Notes under the pieces: generated by a model
Told to the model about the DNA's origin: nothing
Seen by the model: only the letters and a program-made list of their open reading frames with translations
Database searches by the model: none
Shown: positions 12,701 through 24,700 of the stretch, piece by piece
How positions within the stretch are numbered: position 1 is the first letter of the stretch
Layout of the letters: each line of letters begins with the position of its first letter
From: Mytilus edulis
Taxonomy: Eukaryota
Reading direction: 5' to 3'
Assembly: GCF_963676685.1 (NCBI RefSeq)
Contig: NC_092346.1
Coordinates: 70,494,001 to 70,558,000, forward strand
DNA length: 64,000 nt
Position numbers and translations under genes: made by a program

Positions 12701-15700
12701 ACATTACCCACGCCTCCGATTTCATGCGTCCTCGCATGACTAACATACTTTTTTTTGTCTATTATAACGTCTGTAATTTTGAGCGTTATTGCCAAATAAT
12801 AAGTTTAAAAGGTCTCTAAAAAAATTTGCCTCTGCAGCGGCCCCAAGGAGCCTACTCTTAACGAGATCTGCAGAAGGGGTCTTTTACATGCACAGGGCGT
12901 GACATGTCCCTGTACATGGGGCCTCGGATTTAACGTCCCCATCCGACGAACTCACATTGATATATTTTTTTCTGTGTTGAGTGTATTTCAATACACCTCA
13001 ACACTTACAATAAAAATTATATTAATATTTTATATATAAAAAAAAACAGAACAATTGCTATCCACAATAACCGATTAAATTCCAACCAGAGATTGAAATT
13101 CTTTCCGAATTTTCTTTTCAACCTCATTTCTATTTAACATACTTCTAACAGACTTTATATATTTTCTGTACTTCAATAACTCTTTCTGCTTTGGAGACAC
13201 AGTTTTCTCTTCTCGTGTTGTCTTTCCTTTACTAAGTCCTTCCAGACACACTTTATCGGAAGTCTTAACATTTGTGTCAGGCTCTTTGATAACATTATCT
13301 TCGTTTTCGGAGCTGTCATTTTCTGAGACTTTTTCTCGGTTCACATCTCCGTCTTTAGAGTAAACGTCATGTTCCCTTGGTAGCTCAATAATTTTAACGT
13401 CATTATTCCTGTGTAACCTCTTATATGACGTCTGCGACAAGCCGACTTCTTAAAGACTTTGCCTCACTGGTAGCAATGTGATAAGTTCTTCTCCTGATTC
13501 GTAACCAATATTCCTTTATGTTTATCTACAATACTAACTTTTTCTTTGAATAGTAGAACAGGCTCTGTGATGGTTTTAGACACCAGTACTTCACACCGAG
13601 GAGGCAGTTGTACAGCCGATGCTACATATGCCCCGTAGCAGCCTATCTGACCTTCAAAATGTAAACGGGTCTCTTTTCCATTTACCCAAATATTACCTTT
13701 AGTAATATTATTTACACAACTTTGGCTCCTTTGGAAGTCTATTCCCAGTATACCATCTACGTTCAGATCTGCTATCACATCTATGTTGGAACAGACATCA
13801 CCATTTATTTCAATATCAATGATGGTTTTCCCAAATACAATTAATGGAGAACCGTTGGTAGTCAATATCTCTCTGTCCATTGGTGACAGAACATGGGAAC
13901 CCATACGGTCAAATAATTTCTTTGAAATTAGAGATACTGTCGCTCCTGTGTCTATAAGCATCTTGGCTTTACAACCATTAACTTTAGCTTCTATAAACAT
14001 ATCGGCCTCATTTGCTAATTTGTTAACTCCTATCACACCGTTCTGTTTTTCCCGTGAAAATTCGGGTAGGTTTTGGGAGTTTGAATGTCCTCTTTTCACA
14101 CTACTATCGGGACAATCTTTCTTGAAGTGTCCAAATTTTCCACAATTGAAACATCCTCGATTCTTGTGATTCTGGTATTGCGCCAGAGTCTGCTTTAAAG
14201 CTCTAACTTCTTGCTGCAGATCAGTCAAAGCTGTCTGCATGTTTTTAAGTAGCTCTACTGTTTTGTCGCTAGCGTCACTGTTGGTCCCGTCTCTAGTTAT
14301 AGCCCTTGAATAGCCCTTCTCATTATCTTGCCTAATTTCGGCCTTACTAAAAGCTTCAAGTTCAACAGCGTGTCGAATCGCGTCGTTCAAGTCAGCAGGT
14401 CTAGCTTGTTTTATTCTTAGCCTCATGTCTACACTCATGAGTCCGTCTATAAACTGCTCTTTAGCAAGTGTTTCCCTAACGTCATTTGGGGCTGTTGGAT
14501 ATGAAAGGTTCGCCAAGCGTCTTATGTCCTGACCTAATTCCGGAAGGCTTTCTGAAGCCTTTTGACGACGCTCCCGTAATTGTGTTCGATACAATTCCGT
14601 TTGATTGGCAGGCGAAAATCTCTCTTCAAGAGACCTGACAAGCTCTTTAAAATCTTTTATCTGACGGTAGATTTCCTAGTACCCCCTGGGCCTGTCCTCT
14701 CAATGAGACTGCCAAATATAAACCCTTTTCTGACTCTGTCCAGCCATTTATACGCGAACAGGCACCAAAATGAGACTTTTAATCTATCAATGATCCTTGG
14801 CCGTCAAACGTAGCGGGCTTTATGATAGTTTTGCTTTTGTTGTCTCCCCTATATGCACCTAATTTAAAGTGTGGTTTTGGCAAATTTTTCTTTAACCTTT
14901 CAGAGACAAAATGTGTCTCGAAAACAGAGTCTGAATCATTTTTCATCTCTGGAGCTAACTTTACCGAACCTGGGATATGTTTATCAGGTATTGCAGGCCA
15001 TGGCATAACTTTTGACTTGGTCCCTTTCTCAACATTTGAACTTTGGATTATATTGCTGCTTGTACAAAAGTCGGGGTCTAGAATTCTGGAAGTACCAAAT
15101 CCAGAGTCAGATTGTCTTGGCCATGTTTCATGATTGATAGGAATTGACTGAGAAAAGTCTGGGGTATTTTCAAAACTCTTAGATCTTAAGCACTCTATTT
15201 CCTTGTTTAATTTATCTAACTCTCTTGTCAAATTTCTTGTTTCGACACTGTAAGGGTCGTACATCGTTTTATCTTCTCTGTATGTTCGGGACATATTTTG
15301 AAGAATAAATTAAACAAGTTTTCAAATATATTTTATTAAACAATTTGACAATCAATGAATTTACAAAACAGTGTGTTGCTACTTGCAATTAAGGACAAAT
15401 AGGAAATAATGACAATAAAACAATGTGATTATTTACATATACTACTGAAGTTTCTCAGATCCCACCGCTGCTAACTAATTTTGTAACGTGTTTGGCTTAT
15501 GAACTGTATGTTCGTATCCGTTTTCAAAGAATCTGAGATACTCCAATATCAATCTTTTAATTAACTCAAAAAAAACTTCAACTTGGAGGCTTTCCTTCAA
15601 AACTACGAGACCAACTTTGAAACTTTGAAACTTAATAAAGAAATAACACTATTTACACAAATAACTGCATATCAAAAAGTATTCTGAAAACTATAACCTC

Positions 15701-18700
15701 AATTTATCCTTGATCCTTTTACTGCCTCCGAGGTCCCAACTGATTTGACAAACAATTATATTAAACTTAAGAACAAGCTTCAAAAATCCTAGGTTCCTGA
15801 AACACCTAGTTCTGAGACACCTAGTCTCTAAAACACCTAGTCCTGAAATGACTAGTCTCTGAAGCACCTAGTTCCTGAGACAACTAGTTTTGAAGCACCT
15901 AGTCTCCGGAGCACCTAAGTCACCAGATTAATACAAGCTATCTGTTCGAGGGACTGTGACCATTCCCGAGGGAAATTACAGTTTCGAAACAACCCGGTAG
16001 CTTGCAATAATTGTAATACTTAGTCTCCGAAGCACAAAAGTCACCAGACTATTACAAACCACCTGTTCGAGGGACTGCGACCATTCCCGAGGGAAATTAC
16101 AGTATCGGGACAACCCGGTAGCTTGCAATCTGTATCTGTATCTGTATCTGTATGTGTACGTTGAAGATACCAATTCTGGCTTTTACTCAACGGGAGAGAG
16201 AGACACCTATTGGCGGTGTTGGAGAGCAGCCTTGAAGCTCTCAACTGTATCTGCGCATACAATACGATCCTCTAGTTGGTTCCAATGTAGTACACTCTTG
16301 ACGAAGAATGAGTTCTTATAGGGATCGGTGTTGCTTGGAATAGTATCTAGTGCCTTAGAATTGTTCTTCACTGAATTTGTCACTATATTGGCACATACAA
16401 AATTGTCAAATGTTTTAGGTTTGATTTTCCTCTTGGGTTTACTTTTAACAAGAAAATCGTCGGGATTAATAGCTGGGACCAACCCCTCAACCACTTTGTA
16501 CAGAAATACTAGCCGTTGACTTGTTCTTCTTGTTTGTAGGTTGTCTAGTTCTAACTCGGCTAGCATTTTGGTGACCGACCCCTCTTCTCTAGACCTATAG
16601 TCGCCTGTGATGAATCTAGCTGCTCTGCGTTGTATTCTTTCCAATTGATTTATATCATGTTGTGTATATGGGTCCCATATTATGGCACCATATTCCATAG
16701 TTGATCGTACTAATGATATATATGCGGTCTTTTTGCAATCTTTTGGGCAGAAGCGTAGATTTCTTCTTAGAAAGCCGAGTGTCGAATTGGCTTTCTTGGC
16801 AACGTTTGAGATGTGCGTGGTCCATTTTAGGTCTTCTGATATTTGTAAGCCTAGATATGGGTTGTGTTGGACTTGTTGTAGTACATGTCCGTCTAGGCTG
16901 TACATCTTCTGGCTTTTATTCTTAATGCTAAGTATATAGCACTTCTTTGCATTGAAGCGCATGCCCCAGTTTGTGGCCCATACTTCTAGGTTTTGGAGGT
17001 CTCGTTGTAGGAGTGTGTGGTCATGTTGACTATTTATGTTCCTGTACAGGAGGCAGTCATCTGCGAAAAGTCTGACAGATGATTGTACTGAATCTGGAAG
17101 GTCGTTTATGTGGCAGAGGAAGAGAAGGGGTCCTAGTACTGTACCTTGTGGTACACCGGAGTCAACTGAAGCTTCTTCTGATTCCTCCCCATCTACGACA
17201 GCTTTCATTTTCCTTTGGGTTAGGAACATCTCCAACCATTTGTTTAGTGGTCCTCTTATACCGTATTCGTTCATTTTGTGCAGTAGTTTGTTGTGCGGCA
17301 CAGTGTCAAACGCTTTGGAGAAGTCCAGTATAGCTACATCAATTTGTTTTCCTGCGTCGAAGGCTTTCATGAAGTCGTGTAGTGTGACTAGCAGTTGGGT
17401 TTCACAGGAATAGCCTGACCTGAAGCCATGGTTTAGTGATGTAAGTACTCTGTGCTTCTCTAGATGTTTGAGTATATGTCTACAGATTATATGTTCCAGT
17501 AGCTTGCATGGTACAGATGTTAAGGATACTGGTCTGTAGTTTTCTGGTGCATGTTTGTCTCCCTTTTTGAAGACACTTGATATGTTTGCATTTAACCAGT
17601 CTCTTGGTAATGTACCAGTGTTGATGGATTTTTGGAATATCATTGTAAGTCCAGGTGCTAGTTGTTTTGAGCATTCTTTCAATATACGGTTTGGTATGCC
17701 GTCTGGTCCTGATGCCTTGGATGTATTCAGTTTTTTCAGCAGCTTTTCGACTCCATCTGTATTTATGTATAAAGGAGGTATTGTGCTTTTTATGTGCTTT
17801 GATGTTGTTGGCAGAGTTTTGTCTTTATTTCTTGTAAATACTGAGCTGAATTGTTTGATCAGTAATTCTGCTTTCCCTTTGCTGTCATTGATTAGGTGGC
17901 CGTTGCTTTTAAGGGGTGCTATTCCTATGTTGTCCTGTTTCCTTGATTTTACATATTTCCAAAAAGGTTTTGAGTTGTTGTTTTCTAGCCCTTCTAGGAT
18001 TGTGGTATTAATGTAGTTATACTCAGCTTTCCTGATTTGCCGCTTACATTCTTTTTGGAAGTGCCTGTAGTTGGTCCAGTTGTTGGTTTTCTTTGCCTGT
18101 TGGTATAGCCTTGTTTTCTTTTTAAACATTTTCCTGATTTTATGATTGATCCAGGGTAGACTGGTTTTAGATCGGATGAGTTTTGATGGTATATGGTTGT
18201 CAAGGTTAGAATAAAGGTCTGTCTTGAACTTGTCCCATAATTCCTGTACTGTGGCACCTGAATGATACATTTCAATGATGTTGGTTGAAAGGATAGTCAG
18301 GTCTTTGTGTAGATCTTCCCATTTTGCTTTGGAGTATATGTAGCATTTGCGTGGCTTCTTACTCTGATAATGTGGTTTTGTGTCGCAGTCTGTTACAATC
18401 ATATCGTGGTCAGATATTCCTGGAGCATTAGAGGATGTTTTGATGAGTGACGGGTTTGAAGTCAGCACTATGTCCAGTAAGTTATTGCCTCTTGTTGGTG
18501 TTTCATGTATCTGTGTTAGTGAGTGTGATATGATAACTTCCATTAGAGCTATTTGGATTTCCTTGTCTTGTGCATTTTGGTTTACTGACATGGTGTTCCA
18601 GTTTATGTCTGGGCAGTTGAAATCTCCAGTTAGCATGATGGTTTGATTTTTGTTTGAAATATGGTCTAATGATTTATCTAATTCCTTTATGTGTTCCATG

Positions 18701-21700
18701 TTTCTGTGTGGCATATAGAATGAGCCTATTGTGAGATCTTTTTTGTCTTTCATTTGTATCTTTACCCATTCTATCTCACATTTAGTTACAAACTCTGGTT
18801 TTTCAATTGCAATAATGTCGTTTTGTACAAGGATGAAAACACCTCCTCCCAGTGTACCTCGATCATTTCTGTAGGCTGTGTAGTTTTCTGGAAAAACTTC
18901 GCTAGATTTAATTGCATCTTTAGTTGGGTTTTTTCCAGGATGTTCACCTTTCAGCCAAGACTCTGTGCCGCAGATGATGTCAGGTTTGATGTAGTTGACT
19001 GCAGCTGAAAATTCAGATGTCTTGTCCTTGATGCTTCTACAGTTCAGTGTAAGGATTCTTAAGTTTTGTTTCTTTGGTATGTTGAATACGTTGCTGCTGT
19101 TTGTTCTGTTTTTGCTCTTATTTCCCTTTGATGTGTTGTTATTGATTGAATTATTTCCTTTTGGACTGCTGGTTTTAAGTGGACTGAATGCATTTGACGT
19201 AATTGATTCGAATGTGCTGTTGTGGGTTAAAGGATCATAATAGTTTGAAGTGTTCAATTCGTAACTGTGGAAAGTGAAAGTAGAAACGTTGATGCTTTCA
19301 CATTTACAGCATAGCCATTGTACATTAGATCTTTGCAGTAGGTCGTAGTCTGCAGAACATAGTTCCATACATGTTTTGTGATGCCAGATGTTACAGTCAT
19401 CACAGCATACTCCTTCGCAGTTCCATGTGACTGGGTGTTCACAAAGTCCACATGGGTAGATGCTTTGTTGTTTTGTTCTTGGTCCCGGGTTTTGCTCTAC
19501 GTCCCCTGCAAGGAGGAGAATTAGTATTGCCATTGAATAGTTCTTATTTGGCTTAACTGGTAATGTCATCGGTTTACGGCCTGCTGATGACCATTTGTTG
19601 TTTAGTAGATTTGTAAGTAAGTGACGATGGTCCCATGATTTTTCATTGAAGATGGATTGCCCAATGTTATATATCAGGGTCACTGCTATTATCAAAGTAA
19701 ATATTTTCATCTTGTAGATTTTTCTATGAGTATCAAGCTTTTGTAAATGTTGGGTTACTGTTGAGGTCTTCAGTTTAGCTCGGAAGAGCCCGTGCTGACT
19801 GAAACAACAACAGCAATTACCAACAGTTAATTTGTGCTTGCTCAGCGATCTTCTTTAGCCAGGTTTTCGCTAAAAGGTTGTCTGGATGGATTCCGTCAGC
19901 GTATAGGTTATAGTTGTATTGTGTCCTGGTTGTTGATGTTCTGTGGTCTCCTTTTTTAAATTTAGATTTTGTCTGTAAATCGTTTGAAAATTTTGGAGAG
20001 TGACTATTTATGTTGGTATTTAGTTCTTTGATTTTGAAGTTTAATCTGATGACTTGATCTGTAAGTATATTGTCCTGTTCTTTAAATTCTTCAGGTGTTT
20101 TGTGTTTACGATGGCAGTTCCAGCGGTAGATTGAGTATACTGGTGTTTCAAGTATTGTTATTTTGCAGCTATCGTATTGTTGGACTAATTCAATAATTTT
20201 ATTGTAGTGATCTATTAGATGATCTATAGTTTCATCAGTGTAGGTGTTGATTGAAATATATTTCTTGTTATAAGATGTTAGGTCGCAAGTGCCTAGCCAG
20301 ACATATATCCATATAGCTCCTAATTCTCTAGTTTTAATATTTAGGGTTGTTTGTAGCCATTTAAGTCTGTCAGCTATTTTGGCGCCACTCTTACACCACC
20401 AGATAATTTCTTTTTCTACTGAGTGTGATCTATTTACGTGGTTTTTGAGCCAATTTCCTTTACTGTCCGAAAATACTACAGGTGTATATTTCTTTTGGGT
20501 AGTTGGCTGTTCCTTGGTGTTGTTCAGGAATTTTACCAGTTTAGAGTTTGACATTTGCTAGTTGACAGTTGTTTCTTTTGTTAGTTTCTGTACAAAGCGA
20601 TATATTGGGGAAGGTTTACAAGCTGATTAATTTAATGCAACATAATCACTTTTTTATGGTTCCGTGATAAATAAAAAATTTGTTTGTAAACAAAGATGGC
20701 GGGTGAAAAGTTCGCTCACAGTTCAAGTTCAGGTAATATGACAATTAAATTAAATGTACACTTTTAAATTGGTATCGATGGTGAGTATCAATGTTTTGAA
20801 GTGTTTTGGTATGAAAAATGTTCAAATGCAATGTATATTCCTGATAATATCTCTATTTTTCTTCTTTCTTCGTCGCGGTTTGAAAAAATCCTGCTACTAC
20901 TTTGCGCATGCGCTCTCTCTCACAATCGTAAAGACTTTAAAAACCGCTTGCTTCAAAACCACAACGCTTTCAACTCAACTAGGTTTGCAAACTTCTGAAT
21001 TCTAACTTCTTTATTTTCTGGTATTCCTTTTAGAAGCGATTATTATTCGTTGACACCCAAATAATAAATGACAAACTTACACAATGAATCGGTGTATATA
21101 CCAGAGCGCGGACCTCGAAGAGAACACCATAGCAACAATTAACGCGTCTCATAACAACCAAGGATAAAAGAACGATTTTATATGTATTTTTCGTTAACGC
21201 ATTGTTCAAACGGGTAATTAATTATAGATTATAATTCAACAATAAATTACAAATATTGTCTTATGCCTAAACTGCATTTTTGTCACACTACATCAAATGC
21301 CTTGTGTTAACTTCCTTAAACATTGAATGTAAAGCTTGATGTACACGTATTCACTGACATTGCAACGGCTAACTACCACAAAAAATAGTAAAAACAATTT
21401 TTAATGAAACTGGCGTATCAAATGATTTGAGTTGTTAAAATTAAAAAAAAACGTGTTACACTTATTCAAACGTTATTAAGATTATGCCGATTGAAACCCT
21501 GCTGACTCGGGCCATTGGAATTTCTTATATGTTTTCACTGCTAAACTGTTTATAATAACCAATTAACATTGTACATTTTCTGTAACGAGACTATATTAGC
21601 TGTATTTGTTTATTTCAGGCTGGTCAGTTTTCAGAAGAAACGATAAGTGGTAAGCATCTGTATGTGTGTCTAACGAATATTTAAGTGCCAGTCGTTGTAA

Positions 21701-24700
21701 GAATCATGCAACTTTGAAAATATCAAAAGGAAACGATTGTTATATTCGTGCACTATTAGTCATTTTGAACCTAAATTATTGTCATCTTGAATGGGTTTTT
21801 GTTTGTCATTTTTTCACCACTGCCTAATTTTTAGGCAGATTGGAACTTAATTTGTACTGATGATAAACATTAAGAAAGAGTATACTCATTTTAATAGCAG
21901 CGTCAACAAGATCATGTAATGGCGCTCAGGTTCACTTGTCATATCGTACGTGTAATAAACATTTAAACTGTGGGGTCGCCAAAGGTTCTAAATGTCTAAA
22001 TCAAATAATACGAATAACTAGTAAAAGACTAAACCTTGTGTGTTGATTTAAATGTTGAAAACTTAAACTTCCCGTAGACCTGCATAAACTTTACTCTTTT
22101 AACTATTTAAATCCAACCTGGAAGGCTTCTGACGTACCGAGTGAAAGTAAACTCACTGTTATCGGTAGCCGATGACAAACAAGTTACAGGTAAAAGATTC
22201 AATTTTATTACAAACATGTATTGCGATTGTCCGTATGAAAATGATTCTAAGTGTCATTTATTTATATTGAATTATAAACGTAAAAACGTTATCAAATGCC
22301 TTGCATAACAATGGACAAAACAAGACCGTATTCACAGAATTGTGATCAGATCGAGGAAAACATAGCTTCTAAACGCAGATAGAATATGCACATTATATTA
22401 AAAGAAAAACTATGCAATTGATGAAATAATCATTTACACCAATTCAGGTTTATATTTGGTACTGATTACTGAATAAGAAATGAATAACATCTGTATATCA
22501 TTGTTTGTGTGCATTCAACATGACAACACACATGCTTAAAAGTAATACTATACGGCATGTAAGTACAGATAAACGTGTATAACGTGAAGGTTTTTATCAC
22601 CTATAACAACTGTATCGTTCATCATTGTTACTATCATTCATGTTTTTTGGCAGACTGGCGAGAGTCGTTTTCATTGTTCGACAAGAACAGAGACGGTGTC
22701 ATATGCTGTAGGGAATTGGGAGGTGTGATGAGGTCAATAGGTCAGACACCAACAGACGATGACGTTCAGAAAATGGTTTCAGACGCAGACAAGGACGGTA
22801 TATGCCTTTTAACTTCTGATATTTGCTATCATTAATCGTATTAATATGCCAATCACAAGATAATTACACGAAGAGAACACAAAAGGATATCAGACTGGAT
22901 GTTGTCGAAGCATTATTTGTTTATAATTGCATTATCTCCAGTCTATTACTATTATTAACAACGCGACCTTGGTATTCGGGTGTTAATATTTTCTATCAAT
23001 GTTATTTCGTCGTAGTTCTTGATATTTTTTGTGTTAGCGAATGAGCATAACGGAAATTTCAGAATGATTTAAAAACAATTTCTTTAACATCAGCCTATTT
23101 ATTTACCATGCTTTCTTAAATCTGTTGCTGAAATGGAGTTACCAAATTATATTTAATTGTTTCCTTCGAGTGGTCAATTTAAAAAATGGTTGAATAGGCA
23201 AATAATCTGATTTCTGTTCACCAATGGAATGATGAGTTTATTTTCAATTGTATTTTTTTGGTGCTGGGAACTCCCTCCTCGAAATTATATTTTTTGGTAC
23301 TGGGAATCGCACTTCCTTCTCGAAATTGTTAACTTGTGGCTTACACCAAACACATTGACGAAACCTCTCTGCCAGTAATTGCTTAAAACTTTAAAAAAAA
23401 AAATAATGATATGAATGTATATCAATATGAGGAATCATTATTACAATTGTATGTAATCTAAAGATTCCATTTTATTTGAAGGAAAATAGTAGTCTAAAGA
23501 TTGAATTAAATTGACCGATTTATATGTTGTCCGCCCACAATTTTATCAACATGAACGAATATTAAAATATTATACTCTCCGGTTCAATATTATTAGTTAC
23601 ATAGTATGCTAGTGACCTTATACGGTATATATGGGGTCAGTAAATTCCATATGGTCTTCGCTCTCACAACATATGGAATTTACTGACCCAATATATACTG
23701 TATTACGTCACTAACACACTATGTAACGAATTTATCTTACCGACTATCTTAACGTGTGAAATTTAGACTGGTGACCTATAAAAATGAGCAAGTCTTCAAT
23801 ACCGGTAGCATTAAGAAATACTTCCATTGATCTTACACAAACACATGCCAACAATAACAACTTGTTAGGTTTAAATGTGTTTCATGAATTTATTTCAATC
23901 TTAATCATCCATTTCTTCGTCTGTTGAAACCTTTAAGATTATTTTCTCAGTACCGTTTTGTTTTTATAAAGGAACGTAACACCACTACCAACCGTGTATG
24001 AATAAGCCCCGCCTCCCTTCTAACCTAATATGGAATATAAAGGGGCGTAACACCACTACTAACCGTGTATGAAATAAGCCCCGCCTCCCTTCTAAGCTAA
24101 TATGAAATATACACAGTCTCCACGCGGACGCTTTAAACCAATCATATTCCTAAAAATGTATAGGAGGTAGGATAATGAACAATTTTGGATATCGCCTAAA
24201 GATAATTCAAGGCGACATTCAAATATACAACTTCTACGTAACTGTTTTACATATGCGCAATATTAATCGGACTAATTTTTAACTATGGGATTCGAATTAT
24301 ATTTCTTCTTAGAAATTCAGTAAAAACACATGTATCTACAATTTTGATAATTTGCGCAAAGCCAAACTAAATTAAATTAAATATTGTGATATTTTGTAGC
24401 AAGAAATGAGCTGTTAAATTGACAGCAAACAAGGTTATCTATAGTTTAAAGGCTTTTTCATTTTTTGATTGCCATATACCACGTTCTGTTCATACTTACC
24501 AAGTTATCAAGGATCATAACTCCTGAAAGGCAAAAATTGAAAATCATCGAATTGAAGTTGACCGTCACTTCGTCATTAGTAACAGCATATAAAATATGAT
24601 AAGCATTGGTTAATAAACAGAAACGACATACATAAAGCAAATAAAAACGGTAATAACTGTCCTTTCCTAGATGTAGATATTTCAGATTTACACTGGAAAC

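Larger units (their letters stand above)
16129..20922 (-). mobile_element. Full-length, apparently intact CR1-group LINE
   Basis: 5' UTR, ORF1, ORF2, short 3' UTR stem-loop (cgttga...tcaacg) and (TACAGA)n tail at 16129-16153; the LTR sequence resumes exactly on the other side; no clear TSD. Confidence 0.95.
11684..21287 (-). mobile_element. Gypsy-type LTR retrotransposon, non-autonomous (gag-protease only), 5' LTR split by a LINE
   Basis: Two ~1.02-kb TG...CA LTRs, flanks ctgc/ctac (4-bp TSD, one mismatch), PBS, PPT, CCHC knuckle and DTGA protease. Confidence 0.92.

Noticed and set aside
16328-19240. Many + strand ORFs of 60-153 aa
   Set aside because: Antisense shadows of LINE ORF2 with no independent motifs
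22575-22835. Stand-alone 86-aa and 79-aa (27134-27373) EF-hand ORFs
   Set aside because: They are exons with intronic read-through; the splice sites join them into one gene
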